A stretch of DNA of 64,000 nucleotides from NCBI GenBank assembly GCA_022842185.1, contig JALHQB010000002.1, forward strand, positions 15,496 through 79,495, written 5' to 3'. The DNA comes from Acetobacteraceae bacterium (GTDB taxonomy: Bacteria > Pseudomonadota > Alphaproteobacteria > Acetobacterales > Acetobacteraceae). The notes under the pieces were generated by a model that was not told the origin of the DNA, made no database searches, and was given only the letters and a program-made list of their open reading frames with translations. This document shows, one piece after another, positions 39,162-51,512 of this stretch (position 1 is its first letter; each line of letters begins with the position of its first letter). The translations under genes were made by a program, and so were the position numbers.

Positions 39162-40673
39162 TCACATCCCCGCCAGGCGCGCGGCGCCAAGTGCTGCGTC
39201 GTGTCGTGCCACCAGCGCGGTCACGGAGGCTTCGAAGAAGGACAGGAAGGTCTGCGGATGTACACCCATCCAGATGGCCAGCACGATCAGCGGCGCGAAG
39301 ACCAGGTGTTCGCGCGGGGACATGTCGAACAGGCCAAGCAGGTCCTGCTTGGTGACCTTGCCGAAGGCGACCCGCTTGTACAGGTACAGCGTGTAGGCCG
39401 CGCCCAGGATCATGCCGAGGGCCGCGCCGAAGGCGACCCACGCATTCACCTTCCAGGCCGCGACGATCACCAGCAACTCGCCGGGGAAGCCGGCAAGCCC
39501 GGGCAGCGCGACGGACGCCATGGAGAACAGCATGAACACCAGCGCATAGGCCGGCATGATCTTCGCGACCCCGCCGTACCGGGCGATGTCGCGGCTATGG
39601 ACGCGGTCATACAGCACGCCGACGCACAGGAACAACGCGCTGGCGACGACGCCGTGGCTGAGCATAGTGAACAGCGCGCCCGACAGCCCCTGCACGTTGA
39701 AGGTGAAGATGCCGAGCGTGACGATGCCCATATGCGCGACCGACGAATAGGCGATCAGCTTCTTCATGTCCTCCTGCGCCAGGGCGACCAGCGAGGTGTA
39801 GACCACCGCGATGATCGACAGCGCATAGATGAAGGGCGCGAAATCCGCCGAGGCCTGCGGCAGCATCGGCAGGCTGAAGCGCAGGAAGCCATAGGCGCCC
39901 ATCTTCAGCAGCACGCCCGCCAGGATCACCGACCCGGCCGTCGGTGCCTCGACATGCGCATCCGGCAGCCAGGTGTGGAACGGCCACATCGGCACCTTCA
40001 CCGCGAAGGAGGCGAAGAAGGCAAGGAAGATCCAGGTCTGCAGCGATGGCGGGATGGAATGATCGAACAGCGCCGGGATGTCGGTGGTCCCTGCCCGATA
40101 CCACAGCAGCAGGATCGCCAGCAGCATCAGCACCGAACCAAGCAGCGTGTAGAGGAAGAACTTGAAGGACGCGTACACGCGCCGCTTGCCGCCCCACACG
40201 CCGATGATCAGGAACATCGGGATCAGCACGCCTTCGAAGAAGACGTAGAAGACGATGAAGTCGAGGGCGACGAACATGCCCACCATCATCGTCTCGAGCA
40301 CCAGGAAGGCGACCATGTACTCCCGCACGCGGGTCTGCACGGCATCCCAGGCGGACAGGATGCAGATCGGCGTCAGCAGCGTGGACAGCAGCACGAACAG
40401 CACCGAGATGCCGTCGATGCCGACATGGTAGGTGATGCCGAATTCCGACAGCCAGTCGAGCTGTTCGACGAACTGGAAGCCGGCATCGGCCTTGTCGAAG
40501 CGGAACCACAGGATCAGCGACAGGGCGAAGACGATCAGGCTGGTCCACAGCGCGGCCCAGCGGGCGTTCTCGGCCACGACCTTGTCGTCACCGCGCAGCG
40601 TCAGGATGAACGCCGCACCCACCAGCGGCAGGAAGGTCAGCAGCGTCAGCAGCGGGAAGCCGGCGGCGTTCAT
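39162..40673 (-). CDS. nuoM: NADH-quinone oxidoreductase subunit M
   Basis: GIDGIS, FFEGVLIPM, VKVPMWPFHTWLPDAHVEAP. Confidence 0.95.
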   Translation of the reverse strand: MNAAGFPLLTLLTFLPLVGAAFILTLRGDDKVVAENARWAALWTSLIVFALSLILWFRFDKADAGFQFVEQLDWLSEFGITYHVGIDGISVLFVLLSTLLTPICILSAWDAVQTRVREYMVAFLVLETMMVGMFVALDFIVFYVFFEGVLIPMFLIIGVWGGKRRVYASFKFFLYTLLGSVLMLLAILLLWYRAGTTDIPALFDHSIPPSLQTWIFLAFFASFAVKVPMWPFHTWLPDAHVEAPTAGSVILAGVLLKMGAYGFLRFSLPMLPQASADFAPFIYALSIIAVVYTSLVALAQEDMKKLIAYSSVAHMGIVTLGIFTFNVQGLSGALFTMLSHGVVASALFLCVGVLYDRVHSRDIARYGGVAKIMPAYALVFMLFSMASVALPGLAGFPGELLVIVAAWKVNAWVAFGAALGMILGAAYTLYLYKRVAFGKVTKQDLLGLFDMSPREHLVFAPLIVLAIWMGVHPQTFLSFFEASVTALVARHDAALGAARLAGM

Positions 40674-42586
40674 CGGGCGGCTCCGAAGACGAGCAAGGAG
40701 ACGAAGACCACAAGGCCCGCGATCATGGTGAAGGCATAGCTGGCGACACGCCCGGTCTGGATGCGCGCGGCGCCATGCGCCGCTTCGACAGCGAGCGACG
40801 CGACACCATTGGGCACGCCGTCGATCACGCCGGCATCGACCTTCTGCCACAGCACCCGCGCGAGCGCCCGCGCCGGACGCACGAAGATCGCGTCATACAG
40901 CTCGTCGAAGTACCACTTGTTCAGCAGGAACAGGTAGATGCCGCGGAAGGTGGATGCCAGCTTGCCCGGGATGGACGGGGCAAACATGTACATGATGTAG
41001 GCCAGCGCGATCCCCGACAGCCCGACCACGGTCGGCGCGAGCGGCACCCAGGACGGCACTTCATGCGCGTCATGCATGATGTGGTTATGCGGCGCATTGA
41101 CGATCGCGCCATTCCAGAACTGCTGCCAGTCATGGCCGATGAAGTACGGCGCGAAGACCGCACCGGCGCCGATCGCGCCCACCGCCAGCACCAGCAACGG
41201 CCCGAGCATCACCCAGGGGCTCTCATGCACATGGGCCATGGTGTGATGGTCGGCGCGCGGTTCGCCATGGAAGGTCAGGATGATCAACCGCCAGGAATAG
41301 AAGGCGGTCAGGAACGCCGCGGCCATGCCGCAGAACCAGGCGTACCGCGCGGTCCAGCCATGCCCGGCGAAGGCGGCCTCGATCATGAAGTCCTTCGAGT
41401 AGTAGCCCGCGAAGAACGGCACGCCGGCCAGCGCGAGGGACCCGATCCAGAACACCACATAGGTGAACGGTATCTTCTTCCAGATGCCGCCCATGCGCCG
41501 GATGTCCTGTTCGTCGGACATCGCATGGATCACCGACCCCGCGCCGAGGAACAGCAGCGCTTTGAAGAAGGCGTGGGTGAACAGGTGGAAGATCGCCCCC
41601 TGATAGGCGCCGACGCCCAGGGCGAAGAACATGTAGCCGAGCTGCGAGCAGGTCGAATAGGCGATCACCCGCTTGATGTCGTTCTGCACGCAGCCGATCG
41701 TCGCGGCGAACAGCGCGGTCGATGCACCCACCACCGTCACGATGGCCAGCGCCGTAGGGGCGTATTCGAACACCGGCGACATGCGCGCCACCAGGAACAC
41801 GCCGGCGGTGACCATCGTCGCCGCATGGATCAGCGCGGAGACCGGCGTCGGTCCTTCCATCGCATCGGGCAGCCAGGTGTGCAGGCCAAGCTGCGCGGAC
41901 TTGCCGCAGGCGCCCAGGAACAGCAGGACGCAGATCACCTCATAGGCCGGCAGCCCGGCGAAGGTCGCATCGCGATGCTGCTGGACATCCGCGAAGATGG
42001 TCGAGAATTCGATCGACCCGAAGGTCCAGAAGGTCAGCGCCAGCCCCAGCATGAAGAACAGGTCGCCAACGCGGTTCACGATGAATGCCTTCATCGCCGC
42101 GTTGCAGGCGCTCTCCTTCTCATACCAGAAGCCGATCAGCAGGTAGGATGCGAGACCGACGCCCTCCCAGCCGAAGAACAGCTGCACGAGATTGTCCGCC
42201 GTCACCAGCATCAGCATCATGAAGGTGAACAGCGACAGATACGCGAAGAAGCGCGGCCGCGACGGGTCGTGCGACATGTAGCCGATGCTGTAGACGTGGA
42301 TCAGCGTCGAGATCAGCGTGACCATGCCGACCATGACCGCCGACAGCGTGTCATAGCGCAGCGCCCACGACACCTCGAACCCGCCGACATCGATGAAGGT
42401 CAGGATCTCCAGCGTCTGCGGCGCATGACCGAAGGCCACCTGCCAGAACGCGGTCAGCCCGCAGATGGCGGCGAGCACCATGCAGATGACGCTTGCCGCC
42501 TGGGCGGCCTTGTCGCCGATCCAGCGACCGAAAAGGCCGGCAATGCTGGCACCCAGCAGCGGAAAGAAAACGGCGCCGACAAACAT
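40670..42586 (-). CDS. nuoL: NADH-quinone oxidoreductase subunit L
   Basis: GWEGVG, GKSAQLGLHTWLPDAMEGPTPVSALIHAATMV, HAFFKALLFL. Confidence 0.95.
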   Translation of the reverse strand: MFVGAVFFPLLGASIAGLFGRWIGDKAAQAASVICMVLAAICGLTAFWQVAFGHAPQTLEILTFIDVGGFEVSWALRYDTLSAVMVGMVTLISTLIHVYSIGYMSHDPSRPRFFAYLSLFTFMMLMLVTADNLVQLFFGWEGVGLASYLLIGFWYEKESACNAAMKAFIVNRVGDLFFMLGLALTFWTFGSIEFSTIFADVQQHRDATFAGLPAYEVICVLLFLGACGKSAQLGLHTWLPDAMEGPTPVSALIHAATMVTAGVFLVARMSPVFEYAPTALAIVTVVGASTALFAATIGCVQNDIKRVIAYSTCSQLGYMFFALGVGAYQGAIFHLFTHAFFKALLFLGAGSVIHAMSDEQDIRRMGGIWKKIPFTYVVFWIGSLALAGVPFFAGYYSKDFMIEAAFAGHGWTARYAWFCGMAAAFLTAFYSWRLIILTFHGEPRADHHTMAHVHESPWVMLGPLLVLAVGAIGAGAVFAPYFIGHDWQQFWNGAIVNAPHNHIMHDAHEVPSWVPLAPTVVGLSGIALAYIMYMFAPSIPGKLASTFRGIYLFLLNKWYFDELYDAIFVRPARALARVLWQKVDAGVIDGVPNGVASLAVEAAHGAARIQTGRVASYAFTMIAGLVVFVSLLVFGAAR

Positions 42587-42590
42587 GGCC

Positions 42591-42899
42591 TCAGCCCTTC
42601 AGGGTCGAGATATCCTCGACCTCGATCGTACCGCGGTTGCGGAAGTAGATGACCACGATGGCGAGGCCGATCGCCGCTTCGGCGGCCGCGACCGTCAGGA
42701 TGAACATGGTGAAGACCTGGCCCGTGAGGTCGCCCAGCGCGGCCGAGAAGGCCACCAGGTTCAGGTTCACGGCCAGCAGGATCAATTCGACCGACATCAG
42801 GATGACGATGACGTTCTTCCGGTTGAGGAAGATGCCGAACACGCCCAGCACCAGCAGGATCGCCGACACAGTCAGGAAATGCGCGAGGGAGACGGCCAT
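42591..42899 (-). CDS. nuoK: NADH-quinone oxidoreductase subunit K
   Basis: [19 protein letters not shown]. Confidence 0.95.
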   Translation of the reverse strand: MAVSLAHFLTVSAILLVLGVFGIFLNRKNVIVILMSVELILLAVNLNLVAFSAALGDLTGQVFTMFILTVAAAEAAIGLAIVVIYFRNRGTIEVEDISTLKG

Positions 42900-42900
42900 C

Positions 42901-43584
42901 TCAGTGATGCCCCCCATGAGCGTGATGTTCGACTTCCTTCGGCTTGGCTTCCTCCGGCGACGGGGGACGCTCGATACCGATCACCTTCAGCCCCGCACCC
43001 TGTGGGACCGAGCGCAGCGACACCGACCCCGACCGGCCGATCTGTTCGCCGATGTTCTGCCGGCGCGTGCCGGGGCGTTCGCGCAAGGTCAGCACGATCG
43101 CGCCGATCATCGCGACCAGCAGGATCAGACCGCAGGCCTGGAACAGATAAATGTAGTCCGTATAGAGGATGCGCCCGATCGCCTCGGCATTGGTGACGCC
43201 CGCCGGCGTCGGGCTCAGCCGCAAGGTCGCGGCTTCCGGCGCGAAGCGCCAGGTCGTCACCACCATGAACAGTTCGATCAGCAGGATCGCGCCGATGATG
43301 GCACCGATCGGCGCGTAGCGTTGGAACCCTTCCCGCAACTGCGTAAAGTCGATGTCCAGCATCATCACGACGAACAGGAACAGCACCGCGACCGCGCCGA
43401 CATAGACGATGACCAGGATCATCGCGAGGAACTCGGCCCCCGCCAGCAGGAACAGCCCCGCCGCGTTGAAGAAGGCCAGGATCAGGAACAGCACCGAATG
43501 CACGGGGTTGCGGCTGGTCACCACCATGACCGCGGAGGCGATCAGGATGGCGGCGAAGGCATAGAAGGCGAGAGCGGCGATCAT
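42901..43584 (-). CDS. nuoJ: NADH-quinone oxidoreductase subunit J
   Basis: [26 protein letters not shown]. Confidence 0.95.
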   Translation of the reverse strand: MIAALAFYAFAAILIASAVMVVTSRNPVHSVLFLILAFFNAAGLFLLAGAEFLAMILVIVYVGAVAVLFLFVVMMLDIDFTQLREGFQRYAPIGAIIGAILLIELFMVVTTWRFAPEAATLRLSPTPAGVTNAEAIGRILYTDYIYLFQACGLILLVAMIGAIVLTLRERPGTRRQNIGEQIGRSGSVSLRSVPQGAGLKVIGIERPPSPEEAKPKEVEHHAHGGHH

Positions 43585-43593
43585 CGGGCGGCC

Positions 43594-44082
43594 TTACCGG
43601 TATGGCGCATCGAGGCGCAGCCGCTCGGCCAGCATCGGCTCCCAGCGGTCACCGTTATCGAGCAGCTTTTCCTTGGTGTAGATCAGCTCGGCCCGCGTCT
43701 CGGCGGCGAATTCCATGTTCGGACCCTCGACGATGGCATCGACCGGGCAGGCTTCCTCGCACAGCCCGCAATAGATGCACTTCGTCATGTCGATGTCGTA
43801 GCGCGTGGTGCGACGGGACCCGTCCTCGCGCGGCTCGGCCTCGATGGTGATGGCGAGCGCGGGGCACACGGCCTCGCACAGCTTGCAGGCGATGCAGCGT
43901 TCTTCCCCATTGGGGTAACGGCGCAGCGCGTGTTCGCCCTTGAAGCGCGGACCCAGCGGGCCGCGTTCATACGGGTAGTTCAGCGTCGCCTTCTTCTTGA
44001 AGAAGTATTTGAGCGTCAGCGCCATCCCCGAGACGAGCTCGGTGAGCAACAGGCTGCGTGCGACGCGGTCGAGGGAAGCCAT
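43594..44082 (-). CDS. nuoI: NADH-quinone oxidoreductase subunit I
   Basis: Two CxxCxxCxxxCP ferredoxin motifs. Confidence 0.96.
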   Translation of the reverse strand: MASLDRVARSLLLTELVSGMALTLKYFFKKKATLNYPYERGPLGPRFKGEHALRRYPNGEERCIACKLCEAVCPALAITIEAEPREDGSRRTTRYDIDMTKCIYCGLCEEACPVDAIVEGPNMEFAAETRAELIYTKEKLLDNGDRWEPMLAERLRLDAPYR

Positions 44083-44095
44083 GATCAGGACCTCA

Positions 44096-45109
44096 TCAGG
44101 CCGGCAGCCAGCCGGTGAGCTTCAGCACAAGCGCCGTCAGCACCAGCCACACCAGGGAGAACGGCAGGAACACCTTCCACCCCAGGCGCATCAGCTGGTC
44201 GTAGCGATACCGCGGGAAGGTCGCGCGCACCCAGATGAAGGTGAACAGGCACAGGCAGATCTTCGCGATGAACCAGACGGGGCCGGGTACCCAGTTCAAC
44301 GGGGCGATGTCGATCGGCGGCAGCCAGCCCCCCAGGAACAGGATGACCGTCAGCGCCGACATCAGGATCATGTTCGCGTATTCGCCGAGGAAGAACAGCG
44401 CGAAGGACATCGAGCTGTATTCGACGAAGAAGCCCGCGACGAGTTCCGATTCACCCTCGGGCAGGTCGAACGGCGCGCGGTTGGTCTCGGCCAGGGTGCT
44501 GATGAAGAAGATCACGAACATCGGGAACAGCGGGATGGCGAACCACACCGTCTGCTGCGCCCGCACGATCTCCGTCAGGTTCAGCGAGCCCACGCACAGC
44601 AGCACGGTGACGATCACGAAGCCCATCGAGACTTCGTAGGACACCATCTGCGCCGCGGAGCGCATCGCGCCGAGGAAGGCGTATTTCGAGTTCGACGCCC
44701 AGCCCGCGATGATCACGCCATAGACGCCGAGCGAGCTGATCGCGAACAGGTACAGGATGCCGACATTGATGTCGGCGATCGCCCAGCCGTCATTCACCGG
44801 GATCACCGCCCAGGCGATCATGGCGAGCGAGAAGGTCAGCATCGGCGCCATCAGGAAGAGGATCCGGTTCGCGCCCGTGGGCACGATGGTCTCCTTCATC
44901 AGCATCTTGATGGCATCGGCGAAGGGCTGCAGCAGGCCGAAGGGACCGACGACGTTCGGACCTTTGCGCATCTGCATCGCCGCCATCACCTTGCGTTCCG
45001 CATAGGTGAGGTAGGCGACGCCGATCAACAGCGGCACCAACAGTGCCAGCGCCTTCCCGATGGTCAGCAGCAGGATGCCGACCGGGTGGCTGAACAGGAA
45101 CTCCACCAT
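44096..45109 (-). CDS. nuoH: NADH-quinone oxidoreductase subunit H
   Basis: [35 protein letters not shown]. Confidence 0.96.
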   Translation of the reverse strand: MVEFLFSHPVGILLLTIGKALALLVPLLIGVAYLTYAERKVMAAMQMRKGPNVVGPFGLLQPFADAIKMLMKETIVPTGANRILFLMAPMLTFSLAMIAWAVIPVNDGWAIADINVGILYLFAISSLGVYGVIIAGWASNSKYAFLGAMRSAAQMVSYEVSMGFVIVTVLLCVGSLNLTEIVRAQQTVWFAIPLFPMFVIFFISTLAETNRAPFDLPEGESELVAGFFVEYSSMSFALFFLGEYANMILMSALTVILFLGGWLPPIDIAPLNWVPGPVWFIAKICLCLFTFIWVRATFPRYRYDQLMRLGWKVFLPFSLVWLVLTALVLKLTGWLPA

Positions 45110-45113
45110 CACG

Positions 45114-47147
45114 TCACTCCGCCGCCAGGGCCGGCGCAGGCCCATAGGTCGCGGCACATTGCGCCATCACGTCGGAGGCGCGGCTGATCACATCCGCCTG
45201 GTGATAGACCGGCAGGGGCAGCACGAAGTCCGCGCCCGAAACCTCGCCGCCCGCCGGGCCGGCCGGGTCGGCGCAGCCTGCACGGGCAACATCGCCAACG
45301 CGGGCAAAGACCGGGCTGGCCGCGGCCAGCGCCGCGCGGATCGCGTGCATGTCTGCGTAAGGCAGCGCCTTGCCCACACCCTCGCTGAAGGCGCGGATGA
45401 TGCGCCAATCCTCCTTCGCCTCGCCGGGCGGGAAGATCGCGAGACGCCCGCGCTGCGCGCGCCCCTCGGTATTCACCCAGGTCGCGTCCTTTTCGGTATA
45501 GGCGGCACCCGGCAGGATCACATCCGCGCGGCCGGCCATCGCATCGCCATGGTGGCCCTGGTAGATCACGAAGGTGCCCGCCGCGATCCGCGCCGGGTCG
45601 AAGCCATCGGCGTTCAGCAGCCACAGCGCATCGACGCCGCCCGCCAGCATCGCATCCAGCCCCTTGCCGTCCGCCCCCGGGACGAAGCCGAGCTCCAGCG
45701 CACCGACCTCGCCGCCGAACAGATGCAGCAGGTTGAAGCCGTGCCAATCGGCCGTCAGCGCGCCAACGTCCGCCGCCAGCGCCCAGGCCGCTGCCAGCAC
45801 CGCCGCGCCATCGGCACGCTGCAACGCGCCGCGGCCGAGGATGATCATCGGCTTCTGCGCCGCCTTCAGCGTCTCGGCAAAGCCCTGCATCGCGCCAGGA
45901 CCAGCGCCGAGATGCGCCGCCGGATAGGTCAGGTCGAGCCCATGCGGCCCGACATAGGCCACCGGAAACTTGCCGGCCGTCCAGCGCTTGCGGATGCGCG
46001 CGTTCAGCACCGGCGCTTCACGCCGCACATCGGAACCGACGATCAGCAGCGCGTCGGCTTCGTCGATGCCGGCAATGGTGGTGTTGAAGCGCCAGAACTC
46101 CGGGCGGGACGCATCGATCGCCGCGCCATCCTCCCGGCAGTCGAGATTGGCGGATCCATACGCCGTCATCAGATCCTTCAGCGCCAGCGTGCTTTCCGCA
46201 TCCGCCAGCGCACCGGCCACGGCACCGATCCGATCCCCCGGCACCGACGACAGCTTCGCCGCGATGGCGGCAAAAGCCTCCGGCCAGGTTGCCGCCACCA
46301 GCTTGCCGTCACGGCGCACCCAGGGCCGATCCAACCGCCGCCGCTTCAGCCCGTCGAAGGAAAAGCGGCCGCGATCGGCCATCCATTCCTCGTTCACCGC
46401 CTCATTGATGCGGGGGATGATGCGCAGCACTTCCGGCCCACGCGCATCGACGCGGATATTCGCGCCCGTCGCATCCAGCACATCGATGCTGTCGGTCTTC
46501 TTCAGTTCCCACGGCCGCGATACGAAGGCGTAGGGCCGCGACGTCAGCGCGCCGACCGGGCAGATGTCGATCAGGTTGCCGGACAGTTCGGAGGTCAGCG
46601 CCTTTTCGACATAGGTGCCGATTTCCATGTTCTCGCCGCGGTTGGTACCGCCGAGCTCGGACGTGCCGGCGACTTCGGCCGAGAAGCGGACGCAGCGCGT
46701 GCACTGGATGCAGCGGTTCATCACGGTCTTGATGAGCGGACCGATATCCTTGTCCTTCACCGCCCGCTTGGGTTCGTGATAGCGAGAGGCATCGGACCCG
46801 AAGGCAACCGCCTGATCCTGCAGGTCGCACTCGCCGCCCTGGTCGCAGATCGGGCAATCCAGCGGGTGGTTGATCAGCAGGAATTCCATGACGTTGCGCC
46901 GCGCCTGGCGCACCACGGCACTGTCGGTGAAGACCTTCATCCCCTCCGCAACCGGGAACGCGCAGGATGCGACCGGCTTCGGCGCCTTCTCCACTTCCAC
47001 CAGGCACATGCGGCAATTCCCGGCGACCGACAGACGCTCGTGATAGCAGAACCGCGGAATTTCCTTGCCCGCGGCCTCACAGGCCTGCAGCACGGAGGCG
47101 CCGTTGGGGACTTCGACCTCGATGCCGTCAACAGTAACTTTCGCCAT
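45114..47147 (-). CDS. nuoG: NADH-quinone oxidoreductase subunit G
   Basis: [49 protein letters not shown]. Confidence 0.96.
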   Translation of the reverse strand: MAKVTVDGIEVEVPNGASVLQACEAAGKEIPRFCYHERLSVAGNCRMCLVEVEKAPKPVASCAFPVAEGMKVFTDSAVVRQARRNVMEFLLINHPLDCPICDQGGECDLQDQAVAFGSDASRYHEPKRAVKDKDIGPLIKTVMNRCIQCTRCVRFSAEVAGTSELGGTNRGENMEIGTYVEKALTSELSGNLIDICPVGALTSRPYAFVSRPWELKKTDSIDVLDATGANIRVDARGPEVLRIIPRINEAVNEEWMADRGRFSFDGLKRRRLDRPWVRRDGKLVAATWPEAFAAIAAKLSSVPGDRIGAVAGALADAESTLALKDLMTAYGSANLDCREDGAAIDASRPEFWRFNTTIAGIDEADALLIVGSDVRREAPVLNARIRKRWTAGKFPVAYVGPHGLDLTYPAAHLGAGPGAMQGFAETLKAAQKPMIILGRGALQRADGAAVLAAAWALAADVGALTADWHGFNLLHLFGGEVGALELGFVPGADGKGLDAMLAGGVDALWLLNADGFDPARIAAGTFVIYQGHHGDAMAGRADVILPGAAYTEKDATWVNTEGRAQRGRLAIFPPGEAKEDWRIIRAFSEGVGKALPYADMHAIRAALAAASPVFARVGDVARAGCADPAGPAGGEVSGADFVLPLPVYHQADVISRASDVMAQCAATYGPAPALAAE

Positions 47148-47152
47148 GGCGC

Positions 47153-48448
47153 CTACTCCGCCGCGAGGCGCGTATTGCGCGCCTTGAATGCCGCGATGCG
47201 TTCTTCCATCAGCGGCCGGTAGTGCCGGATCAGCCCCTGGACCGGCCAGACGCCGCCATCGGCCAGCGCGCAGATGGTGTGCCCCTCGATCCGCCGCGTG
47301 ACGTTCTCAAGGACGTCGATCTCCTCGATCTCCGCATCGCCGGTGACCATGCGGTCCATCATGCGCTTCACCCAGCCCATGCCTTCACGACAGGGTGTGC
47401 ACTGGCCGCAGCTCTCATGCTTGTAGAAGGCCGAAAGACGCGCGATCGCGCGGATGATGTCGGTGGACTTGTCCATCACGATCACGCCCGCGGTGCCCAG
47501 GCCCGATTTGTGTTCCCGCAGCGCGTCGAAATCCATCAGCACATCGTCGCAGACATGCTTGGGCAACAGCGGCGTGGACGACCCGCCGGGGATCACGCAC
47601 AGCAGATTGTCCCATCCGCCGCGCACGCCGCCGGCATAGCGTTCGATCAGCTCGCGCAGCGGGATGCTCATCTCCGCTTCCACGTTGCATGGCTTGTTCA
47701 CATGCCCCTGGATGCAGAAGATCTTGGTGCCCTGGTTGCGCTCCCGCCCGAAGGACGCGAACCACGCGCCCCCACGCCGCAGGATGGTCGGCACCACGGC
47801 GATGGTCTCGACATTGTTCACCGTGGTCGGGCAGCCATACAGGCCGACGGCGGCCGGGAATGGCGGCTTTAACCGCGGCATCCCCTTCTTGCCTTCCAGG
47901 CTTTCAATCAGCGCGGTTTCCTCACCGCAGATATATGCCCCTGCCCCGCGATGCACATACAGGTCGTAGTCATACCCTGACCCGCAGGCATTCTTGCCGA
48001 GCAGCCCGGCCTCATACGCCTCGGCGATCGCGGCTTCGAGCACGACGCTTTCGTTATAATACTCGCCACGGATGTAGATGTAGCCGGCGACCGCGCCCAT
48101 CGCGAAGCCGGCGATCAGGCAGCCTTCGATCAGCGTATGCGGATCGTGGCGGATGATGTCGCGATCCTTGCATGTGCCGGGCTCGGATTCATCGGCATTC
48201 ACGACGAGGTAGGACGTACGCCCATCCGACTGCTTCGGCATGAAGGACCACTTCATGCCGGTCGGGAAGCCGGCGCCGCCGCGGCCGCGCAGGCCGGACG
48301 CCTTCATCTCGTCGATGATCGAATCGCGCCCGCGCGCGAGGATCGCCGCCGTCCCGTCCCAATTGCCCCGCGCCCGCGCCGCCGGAAGATTCCACGGCTG
48401 CGTGCCATAAAGGTTGGTGAAGATGCGGTCCTTGTCGGAAAGGGCCAT
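47153..48448 (-). CDS. nuoF: NADH-quinone oxidoreductase subunit F
   Basis: [32 protein letters not shown]. Confidence 0.96.
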   Translation of the reverse strand: MALSDKDRIFTNLYGTQPWNLPAARARGNWDGTAAILARGRDSIIDEMKASGLRGRGGAGFPTGMKWSFMPKQSDGRTSYLVVNADESEPGTCKDRDIIRHDPHTLIEGCLIAGFAMGAVAGYIYIRGEYYNESVVLEAAIAEAYEAGLLGKNACGSGYDYDLYVHRGAGAYICGEETALIESLEGKKGMPRLKPPFPAAVGLYGCPTTVNNVETIAVVPTILRRGGAWFASFGRERNQGTKIFCIQGHVNKPCNVEAEMSIPLRELIERYAGGVRGGWDNLLCVIPGGSSTPLLPKHVCDDVLMDFDALREHKSGLGTAGVIVMDKSTDIIRAIARLSAFYKHESCGQCTPCREGMGWVKRMMDRMVTGDAEIEEIDVLENVTRRIEGHTICALADGGVWPVQGLIRHYRPLMEERIAAFKARNTRLAAE

Positions 48449-48450
48449 GG

Positions 48451-49068
48451 TCAGTCCTGCTCCGTGCCCGTGAGAACCATCGGGCCGCCCACCGGCGCGC
48501 TCGTCTGCCGCCCGATCACGCTGCCCGGGGTCGGCCGCTCGCCGCGCTTCAGCGCCTCGATCAGCTTCACCGTGCTCTCGTAGTCGAGGTCCTCGTAATA
48601 ATCGTCATCGACGGCGATCATCGGCGCGTTCACACAGGCGCCCATGCATTCCATCTCGGTCAGCGTAAAGGCGCCATCCGCGCTGGTGTCGCCATAGCCC
48701 TTGAGCCCGCCGGCATCCTTGCAGGCGCGCAGCACGTCATCGGACCCACGCAGCCAGCACGGCGTCGTGCCGCAGACCTGCAAGTGGAAACGCCCAATCG
48801 GGCGGGTGTTGAACATGAAATAGAAGGTGCAGACCTCGTACACACGGATCGGCGCCATCGACAGCCGCTCGGCCACCACGTCCATCGCGACGCGCGGCAC
48901 CCAGGCGCTGCCGGTCTGCCGGCCCATCTGCTTCTGCACCACATACAGCAGCGGGATCACCGCGGAGGCCTGCTTGCCCTCCGGATACCGCTTGATGATG
49001 GTGGCGATCTTTGCCTCGCTCTCCGCATCGAAGGCGAAGGACGTTGGCTCGACAGTTTCCGTGCTCAC
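48451..49068 (-). CDS. nuoE: NADH-quinone oxidoreductase subunit E
   Basis: [16 protein letters not shown]. Confidence 0.95.
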   Translation of the reverse strand: MSTETVEPTSFAFDAESEAKIATIIKRYPEGKQASAVIPLLYVVQKQMGRQTGSAWVPRVAMDVVAERLSMAPIRVYEVCTFYFMFNTRPIGRFHLQVCGTTPCWLRGSDDVLRACKDAGGLKGYGDTSADGAFTLTEMECMGACVNAPMIAVDDDYYEDLDYESTVKLIEALKRGERPTPGSVIGRQTSAPVGGPMVLTGTEQD

Positions 49069-50291
49069 CGGTCAATCTCCCCGAACACCACGTCGAGCGA
49101 ACCAATGATCGCCACGGCGTCGGCCAGCATGTGACCCTTCGAAAGCACTTCCATCGCCTGGAGATGCGCATAGCCTGGCGAACGGATCTTGCAGCGATAC
49201 GGCTTGTTGGTGCCGTCCGCGACCAGATAGACGCCGAACTCGCCCTTCGGCGCTTCCGTCACCGTGTAGGTCGCGCCCGCGGGCACATGATAGCCCTCGG
49301 TATACAGCTTGAAGTGATGGATCAGCGCTTCCATCGACCGCTTCATCTCGCTGCGATGTGGCGGCGTGATCTTGTGGTCCTGCACCTTGATCGGCCCGGG
49401 CTTCATCTGCGCCAGGCACTGATGGATGATCTTCAGGCTCTCCTTCATCTCGAGCACGCGCACGAGATAACGGTCGTAGCAATCGCCCCGTGTGCCGACC
49501 GGCACATCGAATTCCATCCGGTCATACACGTCATAGGGCTGCGCCTTGCGCAGATCCCACGCACAGCCGGAGGCGCGCAGGCAGGGCCCCGAGAAGCCCC
49601 ACTCAATCGCCTGCTCGGCGGTCATCACGCCGATATCGACGGTGCGCTGCTTGAAGATGCGGTTGTTGGTGACCAGCCGTTCCATATCGACGATGAAGGC
49701 CGGGAACTTGTTGGCCCAATCGCCGATTTTCTTCTCCAGCCCGGCGGGCAGGTCCTTCGCCACGCCACCTGGGCGGAAGTAGTTCGCGTGGTAATGGCTG
49801 CCCGACACTTCCTCGTAGAATTCCAGCAGCGTCTCGCGCTGCTCGAAACCCCAGAGCGCCGGGGTGATCGCACCGCAATCCATCACATAGGTCGTGATGT
49901 TCAGCAGGTGGTTCAGCAGCCGCGACACCTCGGCGAACAGCACGCGGATATACTGCGCGCGTTCCGGCACCTCGATTCCCAGCAGCCGTTCCGTCGCGAT
50001 GGCGAAGGAATGCTCCATGCTCATCGGCGCGACGTAATCCAGCCGGTCGAAATACGGCAGCGCCTGGATGTAGGTCTTGTGCTCGATCAGCTTTTCGGTG
50101 CCGCGATGCAGCAGGCCGACATGCGGGTCGGCGCGCTCGACGACCTCCCCCTTCATCTCCAGCACCAGGCGCAACACGCCATGGGCCGCGGGATGCTGCG
50201 GGCCGAAATTGATGGTGTGGCTGTCGCCACCATCGAGCGTCACCGTCTCGACCGGCGCTTGTCCGATCGCAGGCAGGGGCTGCGCGCTCAT
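49065..50291 (-). CDS. nuoD: NADH-quinone oxidoreductase subunit D
   Basis: [41 protein letters not shown]. Confidence 0.96.
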   Translation of the reverse strand: MSAQPLPAIGQAPVETVTLDGGDSHTINFGPQHPAAHGVLRLVLEMKGEVVERADPHVGLLHRGTEKLIEHKTYIQALPYFDRLDYVAPMSMEHSFAIATERLLGIEVPERAQYIRVLFAEVSRLLNHLLNITTYVMDCGAITPALWGFEQRETLLEFYEEVSGSHYHANYFRPGGVAKDLPAGLEKKIGDWANKFPAFIVDMERLVTNNRIFKQRTVDIGVMTAEQAIEWGFSGPCLRASGCAWDLRKAQPYDVYDRMEFDVPVGTRGDCYDRYLVRVLEMKESLKIIHQCLAQMKPGPIKVQDHKITPPHRSEMKRSMEALIHHFKLYTEGYHVPAGATYTVTEAPKGEFGVYLVADGTNKPYRCKIRSPGYAHLQAMEVLSKGHMLADAVAIIGSLDVVFGEIDR

Positions 50292-50935
50292 GCCGGGCCC
50301 TCCAGGCGGTTCAGATGGACCTTCTCGTCGCCCGGCAGCGTCGTCATCGCTTCCCACGGGCTCATGAAGTCGAAGTCGCGAAATTCCTGGGTCAACTTCA
50401 CCGGGCCATAGGCGACGCGCTTCAGCTCCTCGTCATAACGCAGCTCGACGAAGCCGGTCAGCGGGAAGTCCTTGCGCAGCGGATGCCCGTCGAAGCCGTA
50501 GTCGGTCAGGATGCGGCGCAGATCGGGCTGGCCGGAGAATACCACGCCGTACATGTCCCAGGCCTCGCGCTCGAACCAGGTCGCGGTCGGCCAGATGCCA
50601 ACGACAGACGGCACTGGCGTCGCCGCATCGGTCGTGACCACCACCCGCACGCGATGGTTATGCGCGAGGCTGAGCAGATTATAGACGACCTCGAAGCGCT
50701 CGGCCTTCTCCGGCCAATCGACGCCGCAGAGGTCCATGCATTGCTCGAAGCCGAAGCGCGGCTCGTCGCGCAGCAGCGTCATCAGCGGGATCAGCGCATC
50801 GCGCTGCGCCTGCACGACCAGCTCCGTCCCGGCACATTCCAGCGTGAAGCCGGTGACAGCCGGACCGGCAGCCTCGATGATCGCCGCGCCAAGGACGCGC
50901 AGCGGGTTCTCGGGCACGGCCTCGACGGCCGTCAT
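50288..50935 (-). CDS. nuoC: NADH-quinone oxidoreductase subunit C
   Basis: [28 protein letters not shown]. Confidence 0.95.
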   Translation of the reverse strand: MTAVEAVPENPLRVLGAAIIEAAGPAVTGFTLECAGTELVVQAQRDALIPLMTLLRDEPRFGFEQCMDLCGVDWPEKAERFEVVYNLLSLAHNHRVRVVVTTDAATPVPSVVGIWPTATWFEREAWDMYGVVFSGQPDLRRILTDYGFDGHPLRKDFPLTGFVELRYDEELKRVAYGPVKLTQEFRDFDFMSPWEAMTTLPGDEKVHLNRLEGPA

Positions 50936-50942
50936 CTCGTTC

Positions 50943-51512
50943 TCAGCCACGCAGGATGGTCCCCGTCCGCCGGATCTTCTTCTGCAGCTGCAGGATGCCG
51001 TACACGAGCGCCTCGGCCGTCGGCGGGCAGCCCGGCACATAGACATCGACCGGCACGATGCGATCGCAGCCGCGCACGACGCTGTAGGAGTAATGGTAGT
51101 ACCCGCCGCCATTGGCGCAGGACCCCATCGAGATCACCCAGCGCGGCTCGCTCATCTGGTCGTAAACCTTGCGCAGCGCCGGGGCCATCTTGTTGGTCAG
51201 CGTGCCGGCCACGATCATCACGTCCGACTGGCGCGGCGACCCGCGCGGGATCACGCCGAATCGGTCGAGGTCATAGCGCGCCATATAGGCATGGATCATC
51301 GGCACCGCGCAGCAGGCCAGGCCGAAGGTCATCGGCCAGAGCGAACCGGTGCGCGCCCAGTTCACCACCTTGTCGATATTGGCGACGACGAATCCCTTCT
51401 CGGTGATCTCGTCATTCACCTGGCCGATCACGGCATCCTGCGCGGCACCAGGCGGCAGGGCCTGGCTGTTCCAGGCGACGGGGCTGCTGTTGCTGCTCAT
51501 GGGCGCGCTCAT
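50943..51512 (-). CDS. nuoB: NADH-quinone oxidoreductase subunit B
   Basis: [26 protein letters not shown]. Confidence 0.96.
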   Translation of the reverse strand: MSAPMSSNSSPVAWNSQALPPGAAQDAVIGQVNDEITEKGFVVANIDKVVNWARTGSLWPMTFGLACCAVPMIHAYMARYDLDRFGVIPRGSPRQSDVMIVAGTLTNKMAPALRKVYDQMSEPRWVISMGSCANGGGYYHYSYSVVRGCDRIVPVDVYVPGCPPTAEALVYGILQLQKKIRRTGTILRG

